Virus record (IMG/VR): IMGVR_UViG_3300021256_000089
Coordinates: 17,559-81,558 of that record
Direction: 5' to 3' (one strand)
From: a virus
Taxonomy: Duplodnaviria; Caudoviricetes
DNA length: 64,000 nt
The position numbers and the translations under genes were made by a program. The notes under the pieces were generated by a model. It was not told the DNA's origin. It worked only from the letters and a program-made list of their open reading frames with translations, and searched no databases. Position 1 is the first letter of the stretch. Each line of letters opens with the position of its first letter. Of the stretch, positions 40,401 to 48,584 are shown one piece after another.

Positions 40401-43400
40401 GCTTGGCTTCTTGGATAGCCCTCTGGAACATCCGGCGACCAAGCTGCTGCGTAAGACGAGTGACAGAGACTGCTATTTTGTCGAACACCGTACCGACTAT
40501 CTGATTCGAATTATTAAATCGATCAAGATCTCTTTGCGTATTACTGAGCGCTTGACGATAGCCTTCGACTGCCCGTTGAGAATCTTTGATTCGATTGTTT
40601 ATTCTATCGATGTCTGCCTGATCAGTAGCAGTCTCTAATTGCGCGTTCAGAGTTGCTTGCCGATCCTGTTCCCCTCGTATGCGCTGCTGATAATTAAATT
40701 CATTTTGCCGCAACTGTTGGCCATAGTTCATTCGCTCGTCATACATTCTTCCGAGCATTGTTTTGGTATATCTGCTGCCATGCATGCGTCTAAAGTTTTC
40801 AGACGCATAAACTGCTTGCTGCGCATTAAACTCAGATTGAGCAGCTTGCATTTCGTCACGACGTGCAAGAGCTTCATCTTGAATTTGAATTTGACGCGCT
40901 ACTGTTTGCCTGTATTGATTCAAAGATTCTTCTGATAATAAACCTTCTATTTGATTGCGCGTTTCACTGTCTTTCGGTGTTCTAGATTTTAATTTTTGTA
41001 ATGTCGCTATTCGATTGTCTACAGCCCAATCTATTCTTTGAGCTCTCGTTGCATTTTGCCCTGTTTGTTGAAGCGTTAATTGGGCTACGTTCGTTTGTAA
41101 AGCATTAAAGTTTTGATCGTATTCTAACCCTTGTCGAGCGAGATAGTCTTTTTCTGCTTTTTTATCAGAATATTTTCTTAACCAGAAAAGACGTTCTTCA
41201 TCGTTATCGGCAGCTTTGATATTTTTTAATATATCGTTTCTTCTTGCCGTCCTCATCCGATAAATAAACTGGTCTCTGCTTTCTGCTTGATCATTATATT
41301 TGTTTTCAAACGTATCTACTCGTACACCTTTGTCTCCAAAAGACACGGATCTTTCTATGCCATATATATCCGCATCAATTCTCTGCTTATTCTCTAAGCC
41401 GCCATTTTCGATATAATCATTGATACGATCTTTGCTTTTCTTATATTGTTCTATGATTCGTCCAAGCTGATTTGCTATATCAGTGTCTCCATTTTTCTCA
41501 GCTGTGGTTTTTTCTTCTGTAGCTTTTTTAATTAATGCCTCATAAGATAAAACTCGTTGTTCTAATTCTGTTATCTCATCGCGCTGTTTCTTTGCAAAAA
41601 TCTCTTTCGGATTTACTTTACCGAGTAATTCAGAGACACGATATGCATCGTCTTCTATTTCGCGATTGACGAATTTTTCAGCGGAACCATCTTTCCCGTA
41701 GAGTTGTGCTTTTATTTCGGCCTCTTTTTGTTCTGCTGCTTTAAACGCATCTCGAGCATTAATTGCCTGATTGACTCTGTCTTGTTCGGCAGCTTTATCC
41801 TGTGCTGATTGATTGAAATCAACTAACCATCCTTCGTTCGGCTCATTGATTTTTGAAGCGTCAAAGTATGCAGAATTGTTCTTTAATCCTTTATACGTAG
41901 CACTACTTTCTTGGATTATACGAAGAGCTGACAATAAAGGAGAATCCGTATCAGATTTCTTAACACCATTTAACATATTGTTGACTGTTTCTTCCGCATT
42001 GTTTAAATCTGTAATTGCTGCTTTTATTTCCAGCTCATTGTTTTGTCTCCTGGCTTGTCTTGTTTTGTTTTGTATTTCTTCGATGTCTGCTCTTATTTCT
42101 GGATTGTCTCCATATTTTGCCGACATGGCTTGAAGAGTTGCGTCTGAAAACAACATGTTTAATTCGTTTCTTCTTGATTCGAATCTGCTTGTGTGCCTAA
42201 ACATTTCTCCATCTGCCATTCTATTGCTTTCTTTATACAAAGAAGATCTTATTTGAGACAGATGTTCTTTGTTCTCAGCATATTGAGACAAATAGAAATC
42301 TAATGCATTTTGTTCTTGTGCACTCATCGTTGCATAATCTCGTCTATTAGAAAAAATCTCATCAACTTTACGTTTCGATTCAGCTCGATCTAATAATTCT
42401 CTCGGAGATAACAATCTGGTAACCTCATCAAACAATCCGTTGTTAGACGTGTCTGTTAAATCGCCATACAAAGATTGATATGCATTAACCATCTTATTTG
42501 CCCAAGATTTTTTCAACTCTTCTCCAAGCGTTCCTGCTGAAACATCCAATCTGTGAATTTGGCCAGTTTTTGGATCCCATCCTTCGAATTTTTCAAAATT
42601 GCTTTCCCATTCGCCCGTCTGTTGATTGTATTGGCCGAAGCCTTTGAATATCTCATATTCTTTGGCGCGCACCGTATCTCCAGAGGCGTTTGCGTTATGA
42701 TATTCCTTGGCAAGCTCTTCGAATAGCGAAGCATAATATGCACTTTGAGGAATAGATTCATCTGCTCCTGTACCAGAAGATTTATAGTCTACGATTCTAA
42801 TCTTTCCATTACTGTCTAATACCATCATGTCTGGTTTTACAGTCGTAGCATATGTTCTTACTTCTTCGCCCTGCTGAGCTTCTGGCGCTAGTTGTTCTCT
42901 TGTCGTTCTAGTTCTAACAACATTACCGTTGGCATCTGTATATACATGCCTATAAACATTACCAGAATCATTAGAAGGAGCTATTGTGTATTCTTTGTTA
43001 TTTTTCCCGACAAGGACTCCTTCGCGTCCAACAAGCCTGTCCCCCGGATGCAAAATATTCGTTAAAAACTTTTCAAAGTTGCCAGCAGTTGCAACTGTAC
43101 CATCTTCGTTGAATACACCAAGCAAGGCGTTTAAATGCTCCTGTATCCCTTGCAGCGTTCCACTCTTCGGCACGCCGCTTGCTATCAGACGGCCATCTTT
43201 AGACGATAAAGTTACACCTGCTTGATTCTTCAAATCCCCAAGATCTGTTCGTACGCCTTCTAAAATTGGCGCTCTCATTAAGTTGAATAAATTGTATGCT
43301 GCCTGAGCTGGTGTCATTGCTTGCTTTGTGCCTAATGTCTTCCAATATGATTCTATTCCTGTATGCATTAATTGGCCTATGTGAGTCATCGGGTTGCTTC

Positions 43401-46400
43401 TCGCGCTGGAAAAACTTGAATCTATAATACTGGCCAAATTATATGCTTTCGTATTGCCACTATATAGCTTATTATATCTTTCATAATCAACTTCACCAGT
43501 AGTTGTTTTTAATCCAGGAGCAATTGGTTGACCGGTTTCTACATCTATTACTTCTATGCCAGGTATTTGTAATTGCGCATCTTTATTCTCGTCGCTATTA
43601 ATCCAATGCTTTAATTGACTCCATGCAAAAGCCCATTTAGATCCAGAAACATGCCCGGTTTTTGCTATCTCTCTCGCTCTTGATTCGATGCCAGCTCTCA
43701 ACGTAGCTCTTTCTTCATTTGTTTCCGGATTGTTAGCTTGTAATTCCTTGATACGTTTAGCCGCATCTGCTTGTTGTTGCTTAATGGCTTTCATAAAAGC
43801 ATCTTCGACTTCTTGACGGGCTTCGTCATCAATAGTCGGGGTCAATAAACTTTCAAGAACATCTGCATAGGCACCCGCCAACAAATCGTTGTTTTGATTG
43901 GCTTGCTGTCTATACTGTTCTACCGTGTCTCGTATATTTGTTTCATTCATAGCTTCCCCAGAATTCAACTCTTTAAGTCTTTTTCTGAAAGAAGCTAACA
44001 AAGAAGATTCCGTCGTGAGAGAATAGCCATACGCTTTCTCTCTGTCATTAATGCTTGTTTCCCATTTTTGTGCGATTAAATTACCTTTATCTAGATCATT
44101 TTCTCCAACCACTCTGTTTCTTAAAACGGTTTGCTCATATAAATCAAGATACCATCTCGCGGCTTCTGATTCAACACTGGAATCTGAATGTCCATATTTA
44201 GTGTTATACCAGTTTTCCATTTTTTGTAGAGCATCGGTGTTAAAGTGACCAGAACCTAAATTACGCGCCTCTGTTCTTCTTAAAGCTAATCCTAGCACAC
44301 CGTGAGTATCAAACATGGTAGGAAGGCTGGTAGAAAAAATATTAACGTCTTTCAACGCTTGCACAGGATCAGAAGAATTAGATGCTATCTTTAATGCACG
44401 CAGAAAACGTTCATGAGTAGCTCCTTTCTCCATAACTCCTAATCCCTTTAAATCTATTTGTGCACCAGTGTTTTGACCTTCTGATGTTGCCTTGTCGTAT
44501 GCTCGATTGGCGGCAACAATTTTCATCATTGTTTCCCTATCGACCATGCTTGCTTCTTGTTTCCTTATAGCTGCAGATGCAGACGCCATATCTTGCCGCG
44601 AATTAATGTGATACATGATAGCATCTCTTATAGATTCAACAATTGTTCCAGATTTCTGCTTCTCGGGTTGATCCTTTTGTAGCCCGACTTGAGATTTTTC
44701 AATGTCTCGTAATTGAGCATAATAATCTTCAAAATATTTTTTTGCCTCTCCAACTGCTTGAGGCGGTAATCCGAGGAATGCCGTGATCGTATCACCATCA
44801 AAGTCGCCAGTATTCATTTGATATAATTGCGACGGGGTTGTTAGCATCGACAACAAGTCTGAAGGATCTCTTCCGAGTTCTTTTAGCCTTTTTCTATATG
44901 TGGAATCTATAACATATTTCTTCTTCGATGCGTTATAAGTAATAGCTCCATTTCTTATGGCTGCCGAAATAGTACCCATCGTAGAAGGATTGCGTGTCAT
45001 TGCATCAATTTGTTCGTCTCTAATTCCAGGTGCATATACTATCTGATTAGCACCATTGTTCTTCCTATCATCCATGATATCAGGCATAAACATTTTCCAC
45101 TCATCTGGCATTTGAGACAAATCTTGCCAGTTTTCAACGCCACCGACATATTGTAAAGCCTGTAAAATTGCTTCCGGCAAAACTCCAGGAGTAGCTTCTG
45201 CGTAGCCCGACCATTTAGATCCTTTAAGCAACAAATCCCCTCTTGCTCTCGACTCCTCTAAACTGCGAATTTCTGATGCTATTTGTCTATTCGCAGATAA
45301 GCTTGTCCAGATCCAAGAAGGATCACGTTTCATTTCCTTTTGAGCAGACGCATTGTTCTTAAAAAACTTCTGACGGCCCTCTAATGTTTGAAGTTCTCTA
45401 AATCTTTGTTCATATAATTCTTCAGACTGCTTTCTTAATTCTGGTCCAGCATGTATAGCTCGAGCAATAGATTCCGGCATAACATCTTTTCTACTTTGCA
45501 TTTGCGCATCTGTATGCATAGAAATGAAACCACTATGTCCTTCTCCTGCTGCAAGCTGAGAATACTCCATAATCATACGTGCACGTTCTTCAGGTAACAA
45601 TTGAACCATGCCATTGCTATCTATGCGTCTAGCTTTTTCTAAGTCTTTTCGTTTTACAGTTGGAAAATGATATGAAAAGTCTTCCAGCGGCATGTGTAAA
45701 AAATTGTCTATACCTTTCATACCGGTTGCGTCTATGAGATAAGGCAACGATTGATCCATTACATTTACAAAGTACCTTTGCCGAAGATCATCAATTTCTT
45801 CTTGTGTCAATTTAATTTGTTTGCCTTTTTCATCGTTTCTATATCCGGTCATAAATTGTCTTAAGATTTCAGCATCGTCTGTCGTAGGCAAATACACTTC
45901 GCCGTTGTCTCCGAACAAAGGAGTATTGCTATCAACGCCTTTGACTGCACCTTGCTTGACTTGATCTGAAAGAGACCTCAGCATAGGTCTCCAATCAAGC
46001 GCGCTTAAATAAAACTTATCTTGTCCGTGAGCAAACCTCATTTGTTGACCATAATGGAATATTTGAGGATCGCCCCACGCTTGGCCGTCGATCCGTAATC
46101 CGGTATCTTTGCCAATTCCAAGCATGTTATAAAAAGCACCCATATTCACAAAAGCTCCGGGATTATTAAGAAGACGATAATTTGTACCAAAGACATCCTC
46201 GTAATAATGTCCACTCGAATTAAGCTTTTTTACATTGTTTATTTGTTTGATTGTTTTAGCTTTATCATCCGGAACAATTAGTCCACCATAGTTACCAAGT
46301 TCAAAAGGCGACGGAAAATGATTGTCTTTGAATGTTTTTTCTATGCTATTTTTCTGCGAAACAGGAATCATAACGATATCATCGTGCCCGATAAACGCTA

Positions 46401-48114
46401 CCGTATAATCATCAGTTTCTCCTGTTTCTTCGTTCCATCGATACGGAGTCGATTTAGTTGGATCAATTAATCGATCATACATTCGTTTTCTTCTGATATC
46501 AGTCGTAGGTGTTACTTTATGTGTATTCGGATCTTCATCAAACATGCCACGCACATCGACACGAATCATAGATGGTCTACCCTGCGTGTATTGACTTCCG
46601 TTTTCGGTAACACCGTAACCATAACTACCATTGCCATGCATGCCAAGCATATGGGTTAATCCGCTTTCTGTAACGGCCACCCAATGGTCATCGGCTAATT
46701 CATCGACGCCTTTTCTCCAATCTTTTCTCCAGTTAAAAGATCTAGTCATAAGAGATCCGGTTTCAGGATCAATTTTCGTTTTTGGAACATAGTATTGCTC
46801 TAAAGGTCTACTTCTTTGTAATGTTTGGTTTTTAAGTCTAGTGCTATGTTCTCGATTGCTTAGTAAATTATATTGTTGCATAAATTTTTCATCAACATAC
46901 GGAACAACATTTAATGGATTGCCGGATCTATTGTAAAACGTCAATGAGCCTAAAAAGTCAATTGCATCCTGATAAGCAGCTACACGATTACCGTTTCTAT
47001 TCAACGCTTGCTCTGCATTTTCAATTTTCGTCGGATCGCTTTGCCATATGGCTCCACTCATTTTCGCCGTTCTATATTGTTGCATCAACAAACCAGCGAA
47101 CATGTTCAAGTTTTCAGCAGCTATAGTGTCTTTAACTCTATAGTGTAAGCCTTTCGAGAATCTATTTTTTGTACCTTCCGGATGGTAATAAGGGCTATCC
47201 GTTTGTAAAATACCAGCACGCATTAACAGTGGTGCTAAATACTCCATATACTGAGTTGTATTTAAATATTTGTCGATGTTTTGTTTGGCCGTAGACCACG
47301 GAGCAAGTTTAACCAATCGATCTAAAACAGGTCGCACAGAAGACGAATCTTTGCTATAACTGTTAAAGGCTCTCACAAAAGATTCATTTGGCAATATATC
47401 GCTCATCAACAAGGGCTTGTTTGTAACAGGACGATTGTTTACTCTCGACAAAATGCGTCCTTTTTCAATTTGAGCAATTGATGAACCAATTGGACTATAT
47501 GATCTTATTATGTTTTCCGTAACAGAACGAAGCTCTGATTGTGATAAATGATATCCTAAACCAGATATAGAGTTTTTATACAGGTCATTAGAAGTTATTT
47601 CTTTTACAAGTTTGCGCATGTCAACGTTTTCTATCGAAGTTTGCAGAGACGTTATCATAGGTTCGATAATAGACGACATGATTTGTGGTCCATATTTCTC
47701 CATATCAAAATGAGTTTTTTGATTTGTACGGAATAATTTTTGAGACCGTATATAATTAGAAATCGAACCGGAAATTAGTCCAGTATCGTAATCTCCTTGC
47801 GTTGAGTCCAATGTGGCAGCTACATCTGCTTTTTTGTCTCCAAAATGCATACCGTACAAAGAGTGAATAGAAGATAACACACTTTGTATCGGCATATACA
47901 TCGCATTAGAAATTACTTCATTTTTACTTGCTTTTTTTTGCAAACTATCTAAAAAAACTGAAGCATGTGTTAATGTCGTTTCCACATCGCTTAAAGGATT
48001 TGTTTGGGACATTTGGCTTAATATTTGTTGCATCTCTAATAATTCTTTTCTAGCATTCGAAAAAGAATCAGTTTGTACTATATTAACGTCGATATCAATT
48101 TGACGATCAGCCAT
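34417..48114 (-). CDS. Giant tape measure protein (4565 aa) fused to putative two-barrel RNA polymerase and PD-(D/E)xK nuclease domains
   Basis: TP901-type TMP core at about aa 2560-2840, hydrophobic segment, C-terminal AYAQGGLVDFTGPAWVDG..KPEAFL; N-terminal half has GDFDGD and PD..DYK motifs. Confidence 0.9.
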   Translation of the reverse strand: MADRQIDIDVNIVQTDSFSNARKELLEMQQILSQMSQTNPLSDVETTLTHASVFLDSLQKKASKNEVISNAMYMPIQSVLSSIHSLYGMHFGDKKADVAATLDSTQGDYDTGLISGSISNYIRSQKLFRTNQKTHFDMEKYGPQIMSSIIEPMITSLQTSIENVDMRKLVKEITSNDLYKNSISGLGYHLSQSELRSVTENIIRSYSPIGSSIAQIEKGRILSRVNNRPVTNKPLLMSDILPNESFVRAFNSYSKDSSSVRPVLDRLVKLAPWSTAKQNIDKYLNTTQYMEYLAPLLMRAGILQTDSPYYHPEGTKNRFSKGLHYRVKDTIAAENLNMFAGLLMQQYRTAKMSGAIWQSDPTKIENAEQALNRNGNRVAAYQDAIDFLGSLTFYNRSGNPLNVVPYVDEKFMQQYNLLSNREHSTRLKNQTLQRSRPLEQYYVPKTKIDPETGSLMTRSFNWRKDWRKGVDELADDHWVAVTESGLTHMLGMHGNGSYGYGVTENGSQYTQGRPSMIRVDVRGMFDEDPNTHKVTPTTDIRRKRMYDRLIDPTKSTPYRWNEETGETDDYTVAFIGHDDIVMIPVSQKNSIEKTFKDNHFPSPFELGNYGGLIVPDDKAKTIKQINNVKKLNSSGHYYEDVFGTNYRLLNNPGAFVNMGAFYNMLGIGKDTGLRIDGQAWGDPQIFHYGQQMRFAHGQDKFYLSALDWRPMLRSLSDQVKQGAVKGVDSNTPLFGDNGEVYLPTTDDAEILRQFMTGYRNDEKGKQIKLTQEEIDDLRQRYFVNVMDQSLPYLIDATGMKGIDNFLHMPLEDFSYHFPTVKRKDLEKARRIDSNGMVQLLPEERARMIMEYSQLAAGEGHSGFISMHTDAQMQSRKDVMPESIARAIHAGPELRKQSEELYEQRFRELQTLEGRQKFFKNNASAQKEMKRDPSWIWTSLSANRQIASEIRSLEESRARGDLLLKGSKWSGYAEATPGVLPEAILQALQYVGGVENWQDLSQMPDEWKMFMPDIMDDRKNNGANQIVYAPGIRDEQIDAMTRNPSTMGTISAAIRNGAITYNASKKKYVIDSTYRKRLKELGRDPSDLLSMLTTPSQLYQMNTGDFDGDTITAFLGLPPQAVGEAKKYFEDYYAQLRDIEKSQVGLQKDQPEKQKSGTIVESIRDAIMYHINSRQDMASASAAIRKQEASMVDRETMMKIVAANRAYDKATSEGQNTGAQIDLKGLGVMEKGATHERFLRALKIASNSSDPVQALKDVNIFSTSLPTMFDTHGVLGLALRRTEARNLGSGHFNTDALQKMENWYNTKYGHSDSSVESEAARWYLDLYEQTVLRNRVVGENDLDKGNLIAQKWETSINDREKAYGYSLTTESSLLASFRKRLKELNSGEAMNETNIRDTVEQYRQQANQNNDLLAGAYADVLESLLTPTIDDEARQEVEDAFMKAIKQQQADAAKRIKELQANNPETNEERATLRAGIESRAREIAKTGHVSGSKWAFAWSQLKHWINSDENKDAQLQIPGIEVIDVETGQPIAPGLKTTTGEVDYERYNKLYSGNTKAYNLASIIDSSFSSARSNPMTHIGQLMHTGIESYWKTLGTKQAMTPAQAAYNLFNLMRAPILEGVRTDLGDLKNQAGVTLSSKDGRLIASGVPKSGTLQGIQEHLNALLGVFNEDGTVATAGNFEKFLTNILHPGDRLVGREGVLVGKNNKEYTIAPSNDSGNVYRHVYTDANGNVVRTRTTREQLAPEAQQGEEVRTYATTVKPDMMVLDSNGKIRIVDYKSSGTGADESIPQSAYYASLFEELAKEYHNANASGDTVRAKEYEIFKGFGQYNQQTGEWESNFEKFEGWDPKTGQIHRLDVSAGTLGEELKKSWANKMVNAYQSLYGDLTDTSNNGLFDEVTRLLSPRELLDRAESKRKVDEIFSNRRDYATMSAQEQNALDFYLSQYAENKEHLSQIRSSLYKESNRMADGEMFRHTSRFESRRNELNMLFSDATLQAMSAKYGDNPEIRADIEEIQNKTRQARRQNNELEIKAAITDLNNAEETVNNMLNGVKKSDTDSPLLSALRIIQESSATYKGLKNNSAYFDASKINEPNEGWLVDFNQSAQDKAAEQDRVNQAINARDAFKAAEQKEAEIKAQLYGKDGSAEKFVNREIEDDAYRVSELLGKVNPKEIFAKKQRDEITELEQRVLSYEALIKKATEEKTTAEKNGDTDIANQLGRIIEQYKKSKDRINDYIENGGLENKQRIDADIYGIERSVSFGDKGVRVDTFENKYNDQAESRDQFIYRMRTARRNDILKNIKAADNDEERLFWLRKYSDKKAEKDYLARQGLEYDQNFNALQTNVAQLTLQQTGQNATRAQRIDWAVDNRIATLQKLKSRTPKDSETRNQIEGLLSEESLNQYRQTVARQIQIQDEALARRDEMQAAQSEFNAQQAVYASENFRRMHGSRYTKTMLGRMYDERMNYGQQLRQNEFNYQQRIRGEQDRQATLNAQLETATDQADIDRINNRIKDSQRAVEGYRQALSNTQRDLDRFNNSNQIVGTVFDKIAVSVTRLTQQLGRRMFQRAIQEAKRFVMEFDASMTEIQTITMKSDEQMQDIRSSTIDRAINLRTSVGNVSQVEAALYRQGLSDTEVADRSEAIIKFATVTGSKVQDATKIITTALQNGLVESAEEAMDALTALGDSAATTAVEIGKAMQKCAAAAKVAGVSYGELTSMITVMTSTTQLSGTQVGTALNTLFSRLRQVQSTGYVSDKNGDTTDLSTIETALRLAGIDLRSDQNTFRSPTEIMYDIARNWGDMSDVQRANITTSVAGVRAGNMFSTLMEGMAEDNGETFAKYLGLSEDSEGITESKYEIAAKSLQASINELKSTFDGLVENLVKSGAIKGIVDAITGFVNGLRLITENGGNVVTTIVAITGAVAALTTVIKVLTGDVAGAVVGGTLLLGTIGLGVASGIGNAQAKQKPGMMEQQTLEAYVHDTDDRNNRYQQLIDDTKRLGESYQRLGENMAYADKIQFNNNLAQLTGLFPELGKEIDSTSDKLERWAEIVNGAQDSLNGIVARTDTTRQTLATLQYEATRQSSAEAYEKQWQDAHSIGVTMDNLADLLEQTTGQSAIDQYWNRYVTYSKDKLTPAEEQQLYDNVLQMLNLQNSDEYKRAHNMLNIANVNSVGEDGLPSALVRLASYAIEGENGPEISEDWQDVSSLDVDELLSFLEANINNFPDFSREDVQNMKDTLNLWQNAFEAGNMSFADYNAAREHSRKKWSTEMLSFIESTLTPLNTFNDLQKSIPVGLLQTIKDNQVDASTLSKQFPELYKAFIVNTNMNSDVSWKRSNMRTLADNESMQNVLKVFYDRNAEDLRTRLSGVSTGNQELDHALSNQSLTSGDFITLIQSYNTSLSDDVISLIYDGLIESAGENGWLYQLVESLLTDWSGYVSERVYGLMSNKGLSSAYVSDENLKTALDNSISNMLTNSETYSADAGLESGLSFSQMTKDQRQRYIDYIAAQTEEKIRFATSTEANRLSLLRTDNPEALPFSVDGIPFENLDQALSYIRGDSVPDEAKRNGWHLGYTAADIMYNGKQYYQSPEDIFAGLWTEYVQENPDLSGKRLDLLNVANGATGFQEFMSGISSTLGVTWSRDNMSKVLPKELYSALQATSEGTLDWPIFQQMLQNYQLGQKGYGYDLNQAILTGEGGIGATFMSALQSNDQAGMLAEYQRLSGDAVSFDVFKTALESFDGGSEILAKLGEGALVTAEDWKKLAQSMREAQEAAKSMFGSRGDEVLNYLKNVQGDAVESAKALTDMRNALNNLSYRQYYREQFKAGKRDKTTMDQIAQITGFDTEQIKQYGKDQKITTGIDDALKQSYEADKISVEDYGNQIAALLNSELQGQFDTFAPAITVADGNVNWNDAGLIETIGADAANTIQALNAILEAMHIKGHFEELKDGDGNTTGFDWILDELGSGNQGTRPPRGGGGGGKSHAQQLIESQKHSASVDDHMLKMIQYRRTRYKNAGELTNENTLIKQENEERRRQIKNQRDNISALRDEMAATEQGSDDWYALRDAIQAAEEAIQEHTQAIHDNLEQMKENRKQIRQYKVDIQDMISAELDNREELRRQRLQGTVDMENTILDLIKQRYRDEWDLLKQDIDNKKAALEQEKSLIDERLNARKNAASEASKYEELANLQAQLSRVEMDSSRTREAAELRDKIAKLQDEIAWKIADQEADAQKADLDERIMGYDLYTDQYQEWLDNYLEDNNNFTTELNDVLKKSREDLIEWLKENDKTYADSTKEQQELMVQNWGDMYDEMKGLTDQYWRDYWNQVAAVMTDRESFMDFMMDSEEYRTASNDRKRQLREQWNEAWSLWSTAKLGGAALVSEEHAGEHDGDEIDDEPKYKFKRSWEVIKKNGSVRASGVAEGDAFYTKKYAKLAAKQLAEEQAMDRKHVGDKVKYGKVEKAYAQGGLVDFTGPAWVDGSKTKPEAFLSAEDTAAMRAFLDAFSTIRVPSFSSMISDSMFSDVSGFTVEKLNIEINEAELKEDADYEEVARKVGEEFVRELSKQGLQTANFAFSS
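39600..40440 (-). other. TP901-family tape measure core domain
   Basis: EFDASMTEIQTIT...RQGLS...SEAIIKFATV...EIGKAMQK.AAAAKVAGVSY.EL....TV......SG..VGTALNTLFSRL. Confidence 0.85.
42600..43640 (-). other. RecB-like PD-(D/E)xK nuclease domain within TMP
   Basis: FAWSQLKHW; GQLMH (G1580/H1584); KPD (D1762); IVDYKS (D1776/K1778); QSAYY (Q1790). Confidence 0.7.
44470..46140 (-). other. Putative two-barrel (DPBB) RNA polymerase domain within TMP
   Basis: IDGQAW (D676), QQMR..HGQDK (R693, K700), ATGMKG (K800), MTRNPS (R1041), GDFDGD (D1104-D1108, nt 44791-44805), AYDKA (D1207). Confidence 0.7.
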
Positions 48115-48146
48115 AAATCAATCCCTCCTTTGGGTAAAACAATAAG

Positions 48147-48572
48147 TTACGGCCATTCAAAAGTCCATTCATTGTCGCTTGTGCCGTGAAAGAAATCGTT
48201 CCATATCTTTTCGATTTCGTCCCACGTTATCTCGCCGCCTTTTCGACTATTAGTGTTAGTGGTTGCGTCTATGTTTTTGTCGCAATCAACGTCTTCTGCA
48301 AACGGGATTTCCGTTTTATCTTCATTGTTGCTTTTATTTTCGTTGAACTCTACAAGCTCAATCAGTCGATCAAGATACCAACGGGCCTTCTTCAGATCCT
48401 CGATTCCATTCTTGTGTTTCCATCTGCACATGTACTTTAACACATTGCCAGTATTCGTAGCTTCGCCACCCCGAAGATCTGCAGTAAAAGCCTCGATCAC
48501 ATCGATTGCTTCGAGGCCATTTTTAGTCTGATAATGTTTCGGATGATTTATCGCATCGTATTCCTGTGCCAT
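48147..48572 (-). CDS. DUF3310 family protein (second copy)
   Basis: DAINHPKHY....EAIDVI.......GNVLKY..RW..KNG.EDLKKA.WYL. Confidence 0.85.
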   Translation of the reverse strand: MAQEYDAINHPKHYQTKNGLEAIDVIEAFTADLRGGEATNTGNVLKYMCRWKHKNGIEDLKKARWYLDRLIELVEFNENKSNNEDKTEIPFAEDVDCDKNIDATTNTNSRKGGEITWDEIEKIWNDFFHGTSDNEWTFEWP

Positions 48573-48584
48573 GCATATGCCTCC

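Noticed and set aside
42600-43640. Cas4 / CRISPR adaptation gene
   Set aside because: The PD-(D/E)xK segment lacks the Cys cluster for the Cas4 Fe-S centre, is part of the TMP, and has no cas context
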